Below are positions 50,900 through 62,742 of a stretch of DNA of 64,000 bases, one piece after another (the first letter of the stretch is position 1; every line of letters starts with the position of its first letter). The stretch is from Paragordius varius (lineage: Eukaryota > Animalia > Nematomorpha): positions 1,612,001-1,676,000 of the forward strand of contig OZ176060.1 of the NCBI GenBank assembly GCA_964247055.1, read 5' to 3'. A program made the position numbers and the translations under genes. Below the pieces are notes generated by a model. That model was not told the DNA's origin, made no database searches, and saw nothing but the letters and a program-made list of their open reading frames with translations.

Positions 50900-53010
50900 A
50901 AAATAGTTTAACAATAATAAACACCTTTTATAAAAAAATCGGAATAAACATATGACTCAGTAAACCACAAATTTATGATTGATTTGTTCTTGACAAAGAA
51001 AAATCAAAGAAAACATCCCACTAATGGTTAACCAATATACGAACTGCAATTAAACCGCAAACTGATAGTCTTAGTAGACACAACCTTAACATGTCTTAAG
51101 CTAAAATCTCCAGACGACCGAATCATCAGAATATCTGACATAAGATGTTTACAATAAAAAACTGACAGATGTCGCGGAGAAAACGGCCAAATTGTAATCT
51201 CCCATAACTGAAAACTTAAAATAAACTTTAATCTTAGACCGACTTGGAAAAAAAACTTATATTCATGAAGTTGAATGTTTAGTGGGGAAAAAATTAATAA
51301 AGGTATTCCAAAAAAATATTAATTTTGGTGGAACAATAAAGTGTTAGAGCATATAATACCGAAAAATTTGGCACATAACATTTGGTTTAAGGAAAGGTCA
51401 CCATTACAATTGTATCTAGAATCCAAAAATTTATGTCGAAAAATTATCAGGGCAGCCAAAAATGAAGAAGCTCTAAAGTATGCGAAAGAAATCGATATAA
51501 AAACTAAAAAACTGTATATACATGGGCTATTCAGATATCAATACCGCTTTATTCACAATGAAAAATAAATAACTCCCTGGCCCTTCTGAGCTCCCAATCG
51601 ACATGCTTAAATTTACCGACCCTCAGATTATCAGCTCATATCTTACAACTTTTTTCAATATAATAAAAGACGAAAAAATGCTAGCTGACTGCGAAAACAG
51701 CCATATCATACCCATATAAAAAAAGGAGACCCTCTCCTGCCCAAATCCTACCGGACAATAAAACTAGATCACAATGAAAGTGTATGAAAAATGCATTTAA
51801 AAATGCAATGCGGCTTCCAGCCAAACAAAAGTACAATAAATGCCATATTCACGTTAAGATAACTTTAAAGCGCATACATTAAAAAGCTTTTATACTACGT
51901 TTTTCTTGACATGGAACGAGCCTTTGATGCCATTCTAAGAGACCTATCATGGGCTCTTAGACGTCAAGACATTGACGAATGGCTGATAATTTCAATAATG
52001 CTCTTATACCGAAATACCAGAGCCTAATAAGCCAGACTCTTCAATGTCATTCTGAAATAACTAAAGACTCCGCAACCGGCATGCCACACCAAATACTTTA
52101 TGTCGACGAACTCGTAATAACAACGACCGAAAGCGATCTCATAGCAAAAATTCGTTTTTGGAATAGCACCCTACAAAGTTACGGACTAAAAGTCGATTTC
52201 TCAAAAACTGAATTAATATCGATAATTACACCCCTAAAACCCGTGTAGCATATGTAAAAAAGAAGTTAAATCAAACTCAGTGAGCTGTAATTTTTGTTCT
52301 TTATGGGTACATAAAAATATAGTATTCTCATAACTCTAAATGACTACGATAAAAATTACAAATGCTCGGGATGTTTAAAAATAATAACATCAATAATTTT
52401 CAACAATCATCTCATTTTCCAGCCCTTTCATATAATAGTAAGCACTTTCTACTTGGGCGATATGATATCAGCCGGTAGTGAAATAAAACATGCAATTAAA
52501 CAATGCACATCACAAATGTGAAAAAAATACCATTTGTTAAAAATAAATAATAATAAACTACAAACTATGTGTGCCATGTTTACACAACAGCCATTTGTCC
52601 CGTCCTCACATACGGATCCGAATCCTGGCTAATGTCAAAACAAACGAATTCAAACTCAGAAACGCTGCCAAATTACTGAAAACAATATTATTCGCACCCA
52701 ATCTATCTAAATTCAATTATACCGAATCCATAAACCCGTATCCTATCAATCTCAACCCGATTAACAACGTCATCTGGAATCTCCGGTTACATGGGCTCGA
52801 CATGTTGAGAGACGGCAAGATAGCCATATCCTTTTAACTATAAAAATTACTCGGTTTTAACTATCAACCAAATCCGGTCTACATCTTGCCACTTAGCTCA
52901 ACACAATAACAAAAGACCTCGAATCGCTTAGTTTAAAACTAGATTTAGCCAGATCAAGAAAAGGGAAAAAATTAACGGGTGTACTGTCATTATCCCTATA
53001 CAAATGATAA
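50900..53010 (+). mobile_element. Decayed non-LTR retrotransposon (RTE-like) RT region
   Basis: Motifs include PGPSELPIDMLK, IIPI-KKGD...SYRTI, QCGFQPNKST, FLDMERAFD, LYVDELVI, GLKVDFSKTE and RLHGLDMLR. Confidence 0.85.
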
Positions 53011-53039
53011 TGAATGATGATGAACTTTGTGAGAATTTA

Positions 53040-53900
53040 TTTAAATTATTATTCGTCGGCTTGTACCTATTTCGTCCATCTCACAGGTAGGATATAAATG
53101 CCATGCCGAAAAGCTGATTGTCTTTTGCAGCAAATTGTTTCGTAAATTCTATCCCGAATCAATATTATTGATGTGCTACTCTGCTAAGTCTGCCCTATTG
53201 GTGCGTAGATGTATTAGGCAGAGGCCAGGTTATGATATTGATGCTAAAGATTTTTGCGATTTTAAGGCTTACACTGGTTATGCTGCGTAAAAAACATTTT
53301 TATACGACACAATCATTTTTTTCTGGCTCATTCCGGGTTTTTTTCGATTAATGCATCTTTTTAAGGTAATTGTTAGCGATATAACGATTTCGCCTACCTC
53401 AAATTTCATACCGCTTTGATTCACCAGACACACAGTCTGGTTTTTATGCCAAAGCAATTTGGTCTAATTGTAGATGGAACTTGACAGGGTGAAAATTGCG
53501 ATTTTTCCGCTTTGGATTAGAATGATTTCTCATTAGCCTTGTGATTTGGTTCCTTTCATATGTGTGGAACCTTTTTACCGAGTTCATTGGTTTGTTTCAT
53601 TGCTCACAGACGTCTATTAATTATTTTGTGTGATATATCTAATGCTTTTGCCAAATGCTTTTGAATTAGAAAGGTCATCCAATACTCTTGCAATCTTCTA
53701 CGCAATTGTGTAGTCTACCAGAGCGCCCACTCTCTTTCATATTAAAATTAAAAGTGATTTGAACAGCCATGTTATAAAAATGTGGTGCTTTTTGGCGGAT
53801 TTAATTTTTTATGTGTTTGCACATTAATGTCAGATAATGTTTATTTTCGCTAACATCTTCTGTAATTTCCGTAACGATATATGACAACATCTTTTAAATC
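53040..53900 (-). mobile_element. Decayed mariner-type transposase
   Basis: Motifs include ESGRSGR, LDISHKIINRRL, ELGKKVPH (WVPHxL motif), KTRLCVW and ALIEKNP, with multiple stops and frameshifts. Confidence 0.75.
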
Positions 53901-55388
53901 GGATTTGTAAATTAATATGTAGAAAGAAAACATAGAACTATCAAGTATCATTACTATTTAAATAAATAAGTTTCGTTTTCATAGTCAGTAGTAGCGATAA
54001 AAAAATAAATACGACTTTTACATTAAACAAGGTATATTGAGCAATTAAAAATTGAATTTGAAACCTAAATTAATAAATAGTAATATCATACTAAAAAAGG
54101 ATTGGCGATGCCTAGAAACGTTGATTGCCGCAATTTCGTGTGAATGGTTCTAAAATATATGGCATATATATTAATATAAGGCAAATATGCGTTGGACTTG
54201 TCCAAAATGTGGATAAAATAAATTTCGTGCTTGAAATATCAGAAAAAATGGGAAATTTGGATATTTTTCGCCTATTTTTTGCTTACATTATTTAAAATCT
54301 CAACAAGCTAATAAATATTTATTATTAATAAATTTAATAATTAATTTTAAAATTTTGATCATATTTTACCAGGAAAGTGTTATATATTTTTATTTTTTAA
54401 TACAGCTATTTGTTTCAATCGCTTAAAATCATAATTTTGAAATTAGATAAATAACTGTAAAAATATAAGCTTTTTTGATTAATAGAGGAAGTGTGCTCTA
54501 TTATATATTAACCAAAATAACTTAAACAGAATTTGCAAACTAAAGCTCATCTATGCCAATAATTGTCTCCAAAAATTTAAATGGTAAAAAAGTGTTTAAT
54601 ATATTTGCATTAAGTACCTATGTGTAACACTGGACAACAAATTTTTGTGCCACTCCATTTTTTGCATTTTTCGATATTTACTATTCTTTTAACAGTCTGA
54701 TTTAAAAATTATGATTTTACCTAAGAATTGTAATTACATTTCTTTATAATTATGCGCCTTTTTTTCATAATACTAAAAAATGCCTTTTCTATTAAAATAT
54801 ACTACAAATATTTTAGGGTATGAAAATTTTGACCATATAAAGCAAAATAATTACATCAGATTGAACTATATTACTAATTGCTAAAGATTCAATCTTTTGC
54901 CCTACGAATGATATAAAATACATGACTATATATCTAAAATATTTTAGAAAATTTCGAGTTTACATAACGGAGAAAATTTTCGGTAAACTCAAAAAAATTC
55001 TTAGGTGTTAAACCAATTTTTTATATATTATTTACGTAATTTAATGAACAAGATTTTAAATTTACAAGAATGAAATTTAAAAAAAATCAAAATTATAACG
55101 TATTATTTCATCAATAAAATTGTATTGATTAAAATTATATTTATTTTTAGGTTAACGATTAGGATTAATAAATCATATAAGGGTGTTTATCATGTATTTT
55201 TTTAGGGCAATTATAATATCACGTGCCTTAAATTTTCAAAACCGGAGAATCATAAGTTTAAATTTTATTTACGATGACGATGATTTTGTAAGGTTCAAAA
55301 CCAAAAATAACTATGATATATTTTCTGATGTGAATTTTTAATTTGTATTAGGTACAACGAACTGTATAAATAAAATATTAATTATTAC

Positions 55389-55525
55389 TTTGATATTTTT
55401 TCGAGCGTGTGTTGATTGATCGCTACCGGTAACTTATCAGGACTTTTGCAGAAAAATGAATACATTATACGCCATTCATTCGTACTTGATTCAATTATAA
55501 TCGAATTACGGTATTCATCTTCAAT
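55389..55525 (-). CDS. Last part of ZP-N module 1 (IEDEYRNSIIIESSTNEWRIMYSFFCKSPDKLPVAINQHTLEKIS)
   Basis: Acceptor ttggtgtag| (phase 0), donor aa|gtaata (phase 2; alternative ccg|gtagcg is phase 0). Has the Y-x-N-x-hydrophobic strand and fourth Cys typical of ZP-N. Confidence 0.85.
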
Positions 55526-58498
55526 CTACACCAAACAAACATTTTACATTTTTAATTATAATAATATTTGTAATTAATAAACATTGTAACGCAATATGGT
55601 AACTTATATACATTATGAGTAATTTCTGCATATTGCTCTTCATATATTAAAAAATATCGAACTTTACAATCATAATATTCATTTTTTTTTATTATCATTT
55701 TAACATTTAATTTATTTATTAGATTTATTTATACTCTAATACCAAATCAAATTTTTTTGTATTGTATTTTTTACCCAAACCCGTTTTCTGTCAGCAAGGG
55801 TATCAAGATAGTAAATGTTCTACATGACATGACTATTTATAAAGATTAGCATTTTTTATAAAAAGATCTATCTATTAAAGATATATAAAGGATTAATGAG
55901 ATAAGTTGTAGTGTAGATTTTCTTCCTTGGCTAGCCTCCAAGGACCCAATTGATTATTCAGAATTATTATTGACTTACGTAATAAAGACGAATCCATTAT
56001 TTAAAACGATATTTATCATATTTGCGCTAAGATTTTTATTATGAAACATACTAACCAATAAAATTAAGCTCTGCGCTTTCCAGCATCTTTTATTTTTTTA
56101 GACCTAAACGATGATAACACGATATTTTGGCTAATAACAGAAAAACTAAATTACTTCAAGCATTTTACCCGTATTTACCTGACGCTTAATCTATAGAATG
56201 ATATATGATTTATAAACATTTTTCCACATTTTTATGAGTTGCAGTAAGTAAACCTACGAGATCATCCTAAAACTTACTGGTTAAAATAATTAAAATTTAA
56301 AATTTGGTATTTGAAGTGGACAGGTATGTACCGCACGAATGCACAGATGAGTGCCACGTGTAATGAAAAAATATTAATTATTAAATTTCATATTGTTTTA
56401 GGGTTTAATTAATATGATATTGCGCTCTTTGAATGCAATGGTGGAATTTTTAAAAATTTAAATTTTCGGTTAAAGTCTGCATTTATTAATATTTTTAAGC
56501 ATCGATCTTAATAAATTTGTTTTTGTCTATGTGTTTGTTGGCAAAACATATTTTGAATAAATTAAAAAGAACACAAAATTGACTCGAGATCTACCAGACA
56601 CTATTTTGTGCATAATATGAGAACTAACTACCTCGAGAAAGATAGGGACCTACCTTACCTCCTATCTTAATATTATTATTTCCTCTCACATATGAGCTAA
56701 GGAGATAGACAGCAAACTACTTAATTCCTTTCAATAGCAAATGTGTTGTTGTCTCTTTCGTAATTAGAAAATCCATTCCTTGATTGCTATCTGAAGTACA
56801 ACTTATATTATCAAATTGATAGAAAGTCAATAAAGCGCATATCACCATTATGAAACTCTTTAGTCAGTACTTTTCATGTTTGATGTTTTCCAAATCAGTC
56901 TGATTTTTAGATATTTCAACTGTATAATGTGTCATTGTTTTAATTTATCTTAAGCATAGCCTTAATCTTCAGGTTTCCCTAACCTAACAACTTTTGTTAG
57001 GTCATTTGAAGGTATAGATAATATTAAACATGCATTTGTGTAATTCGATTGCTTTTAGGGTATCTGTTTCAGACATATCTGGCTCCTACAGTCAAATTGT
57101 CTTGTTCTTTGATCATACACTACACTAGGCACATAACAGATAGATAAATGTATGGATTTTCATGGTACTTTTGGTTTTTGTCCTTTGTTAATGATTTTAA
57201 AAGGTTATAACCATTTTGTGGTAATTTCTCGATTAGGAAATTTTTTCTTACTAAGTCCAAAATATATCTTTGAATAGAATCTATTTTTGAAAAGCAAAAC
57301 AATGCTTTAATAAAATTAGAAATTTAGACGTAGGCTTTGAAAGTCTTTATTTTAATTCGTATTTTTAAAATTAACACAAAATTCCGAGTTTCGGCAAAAT
57401 TTTTAATTTATGGTAGATTATGGCATTAAATAAAATTATTTCTAAAAATAGGCATAGTTAATGAAATAAATTTTTAACAATTTTTTTGAAGCTGAGATAA
57501 TTTGATATATTAGGAACACTTAAATTAGTATATTATAAAAAGACATATCCACTAATTTTTTAAGATGCAAATATTTATAAGACCTTATTTTTATCCATAC
57601 TTAAATTTAATAAATTCAAAGTTTTTTACGATATATTTAATAAAATTTGCTGTGGAACAAATTTATCATCTAAAGTAATAGAAATATTTAGCGCATTATG
57701 GATTATATTGAAAAAATGTTTTTGTATACCGACCTTTTTCTACCGTTTTCACCATGCACCTAAATACCATGAATCTCCTTTGACTTGTTTATTTTAAACA
57801 AAGTATAATTTTTTAAAAATAATAGGCTATCCTATATTAAAAATTGTTTTAGCCCAATTTTTGCATTATCGCGTTTTTTGTGAAAAGTTCTTTTGTAACT
57901 ATCCAATAATTTGCGACTTTTGGATATAATTTCAAAATTAATATAAATATTGTTATGCTATTTATTGATATATATAAATTTAAGACTTAAGCCTTTAATA
58001 TCTAGAAACTTTTTTGAAAATGTGCGATGACGGTATTTCGGAACAATTAATCCAAAATTAAAATAATTTATTACAGCTCATAAACACCATGAGAATCCTG
58101 ATATGTTTGAACAATAGAAAATACAGTTTTTAAATATGTTAAAGATTTTTTATATTATGATATATGCAATAGATCATCCAGATTTCATCATATTTTTTTA
58201 ATCATGATATGGCTTATTGGCTAATTTTGCGATTTTTCGAAATAATGAAATTCAATAAGGGAGTAAATAAATTTATAAAATGACTCGTTATTTACCATTA
58301 GCACCATATACATTTCTATCAGAATTTACATACTTTATCGGTAATTTTTTTATACCTTCTATACTAAATACCTAGTATTTTTTTAAATATTTAATGTTTA
58401 AAAATTTTTTTGACGGAAAAGCAGAGTGTGTCGCTATAGTAAATAAAAACACCAACTATTTTTTAAAAATTTTATGTTACAACATTCAGTGTCTTATA

Positions 58499-58866
58499 CA
58501 CTGTGTGCCAAAAAACTCCAAACAAAATTAGCTTATTTGACGACTTAGTTTTTAAAATATTGAGATAAAATCAAAATTATGCAAAAAAAATAAGGATAAT
58601 TAAAAAAATAATCACAATACTTGAGATATTATGGTTTATTATCATTTTGGCAGATATTTATTTATAAATAGCCTAACATGTTAGGGTTTTTATGAAAAAA
58701 ATCCCTGTCCTAAAATTTTCACTTTTTGCTTATTTCGATTTTCTCTCAATTTTTTAAAAACTTAGTAGTCAAATAACAATTTTTGCGGCTAATGAATTGC
58801 CTGGTCATAAGTTATCTTATGAAAAAATAATTATTAAAAAAGTAACCCTCTTTTTTGCACACAGTG
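58499..58866. mobile_element. ~370-bp MITE with cactgtgtgc(c)aaaaaa TIRs
   Basis: ta|cactgtgtgccaaaaaa ... ttttttgcacacagtg|aa. The same terminus appears at 34601. Confidence 0.65.
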
Positions 58867-58944
58867 AAATAAGTAGACATTTATTAATAATTAGATAATA
58901 AATTATAATTTTAAACCATCTTGAACAAATTATTAAAAATTTAC

Positions 58945-59098
58945 CTGTTTTGTATTACATGATTCGAATGGAACAATTAGATTACTAGAGGTAGCATTAG
59001 TTATTTTATTTTCACATCCTGTTGCTTTGGGATCTAACAATTCTTCGTCTACATTGTTGCTGTTTTTAAAAATATATACATTTTTGAGTTCCAAAATC
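58945..59098 (-). CDS. Middle of ZP-N module 1 (ILELKNVYIFKNSNNVDEELLDPKATGCENKITNATSSNLIVPFESCNTKQ)
   Basis: Acceptor tttttatataag| (phase 2), strong donor cag|gtaaat (phase 0). Carries Cys2 and the LIVPFESC Cys3 motif. Confidence 0.85.
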
Positions 59099-60139
59099 CT
59101 TATATAAAAATCGATTATTATTTTTAATTATATATGTTGCTCATCTAAAATGAAATAAATATTATAACTAATTGAGTGGGTAACGACGAGAGTTTGTAAT
59201 GTAAATGATGTTAGAATCGTCGTAAATTAACGCAAAAATAAAATATAATTTATTAATTCTCAAATTTTCGCCATAGGTATCATCAGGAGATTAGTTAAGA
59301 ATAATATATATAATATAAGATAATAAAAATTAAATTAAAATTTAAATTTAAAAAAGCCAAAAAACCCTGTTATAAAGCGGTTCATTCCTTTATGGTTAAA
59401 CAAAAATATTTTTTGATATATTAATTTTAAGCAGTGTTCACTAATTAATGTAAAGGACTATCGCTCCTCATTAATTTTTAATATATATAAAATTTTAAAA
59501 CCATATAAACCAATTGCTATAAATTTAATAAGTGTATTAGGATAAATATGTTGATACTGGTATTGTTACAAATAGGTGTGTTGAGAGTGACAAACCCCCA
59601 TATATAAATTTAATTCGAAACAAAATATATGAGATTATATGTGGTCAATTTCGCATTATATTAATAAAGACTTAAAACTATTATATTAATATATTTAAGT
59701 CTCCAAAATTGACCTCTTTGTGGATTGAATGCAACTAAAATTACTAATGCTTCCATTTAAGTTTAAACGCTTGAAATCATTTATTTATTAGTTGTATTGC
59801 TGCCTGATATTTTAACTTAATTTGATTACTAATAATTATATTTTTTCTTTTTTGGGTTATATCTCGGTAGAGCATCCTTAACCTTGATATGGGAGTTTGC
59901 TGTTACTTTAAATCGTTACACTTAAATACTTTAGATTTGTTTTTATGTATTTTATAATATTTGTTTGAATAATGCGTTTTCATTTTTTAATATTATAATC
60001 ACACGATAGCAGTGAGCCTAAAACTTTTATTATTACTTCTTTGATTTAAAATAATTTAAAATTTTAATAAATAAAATAGTTTAATTATTATATAACACAA
60101 CCAAAAAAATTTAAAAATATATATATTATGATAAAAAAA

Positions 60140-61100
60140 TCTATCAGGATTTCATGTGCAGTTGGTTTTGGACCTTATGTGTGATTTAATAAAGTTAATA
60201 TCATTTTTATGGTAAATGCTCCATATCAGAACATATTAAAATCTGCAAGCATTTGTTTTAAAATTTTTTAGTAAAGTTATATTCCCAAAATATAACTAAA
60301 ATATATCATAATATTATAAAAAGTATATTTTTAAAACATTTAATTTAAAGATGTGGGCTCCGAAGGTCCCAAATTTTTTCGCGTTACTAAAATGGGCTAT
60401 TTCTCGTAAAATAAACGTAAATATGCCATTACGCTAAAAAATCGTAGATATATACTAAATTTTAATGAACTTAAAATGTTTTTTATAAGCATATTTTTAA
60501 AAATTTATTTATCTTGTTGCATCCTAATTTTTTGAAGCATTATGAAAAACTATAAAAATGCGTTAATATATTATAAATGCGATATTACTTAATTCACTAT
60601 GCTGAACATTTCCATCGATTCAGAATTTTTAAAGGTTTGTCTTATTTTTAACATAAATTTGAAGACGAGTTAACATTTTAATCAAAATTCCGAGGTGATA
60701 AAAAGCTAGCTTTTATCGAATATATAAACGAAGGGTTTTTTCATATCGTATAGCGTTTCTATTCCATTTCCGTCATGCCTCAGATTATGCAGTACACTTC
60801 AACAAAATTTCACTAAAAATTAAATTTCAATTCATTTTTTAAATAATTTTAATTATTTAAATTTATCATAAATTTTCCGTTTCTTTTACGTAATTCACCC
60901 ATGGACTCTCCACATCTAAAAAAAATTTTTTTTAATATATTGTTTGCTTTTTATATTACTTATGATATATTAGTAAAAATATTTTAAATTTTTGGCTTTA
61001 ACCAAAAACAAAATATATTTGTGAAAACGTGCTCAAATTTTGTCATTTTTATATGGAGCACGTTTCTATTTAGGTCTCCCCATAATGAAAATTTTAAACA
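60140..61100. mobile_element. Decayed long-TIR palindromic element
   Basis: aaagatgtgggctcc / aaaagtatattttt (60320-60360) appear inverted at 60900-60960. The centre resembles 29160..29400. Confidence 0.5.
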
Positions 61101-61420
61101 ACTTAAATTGGTCGTTGGGTATACTTCCAGCTTCTGTAAAATAGGCTATCATAGATACATAGCATGGGGAAGCAACATTTAAATAGGAGGATGTGTAATA
61201 TCAATAATGATTTTAGCTATTTCCCGTAAAAAATTTTGTCCCGGCACCTTTTTTAAATATGTTTAATTTCTTGTATGCTACGTTACTTATTAGCTATGCA
61301 AATTATGAATGGTGAATTATTCTATCCAACGATTAGAAAACTATATTTTTGACAATAAATTTTACACATATTTATATGCTTTTATTAATATTAAATTATT
61401 TATAATTATAAATTAATAAC

Positions 61421-61547
61421 TTTTTTGTCTTTCTGACATTAGTTTCGTTTGAGGTTGATTGGCCAGCAACAGTAAATATTCGACCAGTAAACGCTTTTTG
61501 GAAATCCGCAAAAACTTGCATTCCGGAATTCAGACATACACCATACA
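61421..61547 (-). CDS. Start of ZP-N module 1 (xYGVCLNSGMQVFADFQKAFTGRIFTVAGQSTSNETNVRKTK)
   Basis: Acceptor atattttatag| (phase 1). The C-x3-GM-x-V-x2-F-x-K-x-F-x-G-x-I motif is cuticlin-like. The phase-2 donor aa|gttatt joins 59098 in frame. Confidence 0.8.
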
Positions 61548-61729
61548 CTATAAAATATTTACTAAATATAATATGTAATATTGGGTTCCATTAACAGGAG
61601 GCTAAGTTAAGAAAATGAATGATAAGCGTCAAGGAAATTAAAACATGCGCACAAAAAAATTCAGCAGCCGACATTATCAATATGGCGAATAACACAATAT
61701 CCATAAATATCCTGATTATAATTCTCATA

Positions 61730-62650
61730 TATTTTGATTAGAAATATGAGAATTATCATATTGATTTTGGTTTGGGCCCTTACGAGTGATTTTAAAAATG
61801 TTATTTACACTTATTCATATCAAATTGCAAAATTTGCACATAAACAAATTTTTTTTGGTAAAGGTTATGCTTTTAGAAAATATCACCAAAATACATCATA
61901 AACCGCATATTCTTTCTAACTCTTTGCCCTTCTAATATGGGTTGGTTCTCTCGAAATAAACTTAAAAATGCGCTAATGACATTAAAAACCTTTTCCGAGA
62001 ATATGACATATTGTTGAAAAATTTAATTTATATCAAATTTTATATAGCATACATCATGCATCATATTATTTTAAGGCATGATGAATAAATAAAATATATT
62101 AAATAATTTTCTATATAATTCGAAGATGCTCAACACTTTTACCTCAGAAATTAAAACATTAAATCAAATTTATATTAAATAAAATTATATTTCTGCCAAT
62201 GTATACCCAAATTTAAAAGCAACATCCTTTAAATTAAAAATTTCAGATGATAGATATGTCTATCTTCATCAAATAATATAGAAAAAGTATTTTTATATTA
62301 ACTTAATATGTTTTTTTTACCGTTTCTAATACCATAAAACTTCCCTTCCACAAAATTTTGTATAAATTTAATTTTTAAGCAAAAAATATTTATCAAAAAT
62401 TTCGTCAAAAGGCATATATTTAATTTTATCTATCTCAGAATTTTCCGTTTGAGAGAAATAGCCCATTTTTGAAGGACAAATAATTTGGCACTTTCGGAGA
62501 CCACTCCAATTAAAGTTTAGATTGCTTTTTATATGTAGTTTATGATTTTTAGTGATATTTTTTGGAATGAAGCATTTAGCTTTCACCATAAAATTTTTTT
62601 ATTTAAATGTCCCTATATTTTGCGATTTTCCGATATGAACGGTTACCGCA
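61730..62650. mobile_element. Decayed long-TIR palindromic element, same family as 60140..61100
   Basis: 61730-62130 is colinear with 60140-60560. 62280-62650 is its reverse complement; for example aaaatgggctatttctc appears as gagaaatagcccattttt at 62453. Confidence 0.55.
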
Positions 62651-62693
62651 AGAGTAAGACTTTATTATAGCCAAAACTAAAATATTATATTAC

Positions 62694-62742
62694 TTTTCGA
62701 CGCAGAGATTAATATATTAGGCAAAATTGGGTTACCAAAGAA
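62694..62742 (-). CDS. Candidate upstream exon (FFGNPILPNILISASK), possibly part of a signal or leader region
   Basis: Strong acceptor ttttaccttttttccag|, donor a|gtaata (phase 1, compatible with 61547). An upstream donor tac|gtaagt at 62818 gives a 75-nt intron. The start codon is not resolved. Confidence 0.35.

Larger units (their letters stand above)
167..61547 (-). other. Large multi-exon gene for a secreted or extracellular-matrix-type protein: 3 x ZP-N, Lys/Asn-rich region, mucin-like stalk and antistasin domain. The 5' end is unresolved and the 3' end lies outside the window.
   Basis: About 17 well-supported minus-strand segments bounded by AG and GT, with mostly compatible phases, stitch into one reading frame of more than 1,700 aa. 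Three four-Cys ZP-N motifs and one antistasin Cys motif are readable in the translation. Confidence 0.85.

Noticed and set aside
15955-52837. Short ORFs at 15955, 18844, 22010, 22283, 22910, 23246, 27587, 27813, 30983-31674, 38314, 38618, 39515, 51341, 51979 and 52571 as host genes
   Set aside because: They are fragments or antisense shadows of the decayed transposons listed as features.
54875-54933. Phase 2-to-1 exon candidate linking modules 1 and 2 (YIVMYFISFVGQKIESLAI)
   Set aside because: Several alternative phase solutions exist for this junction and nothing distinguishes this one.
9466-55290. Nested plus-strand gene from isolated exon-like segments (9466-9620, 13872-13940, 14347-14451, 39371-39450, 55206-55287)
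   Set aside because: Each has a plausible AG or GT, but they do not chain in frame and show no recognisable motif. Such segments are expected by chance in AT-rich DNA.
59900-59990. MKTHYSNK...VFKCNDLK as the first exon of ZP-N module 1
   Set aside because: It has an A-rich acceptor and no signal peptide. The 61421..61547 exon matches the ZP-N motif much better.
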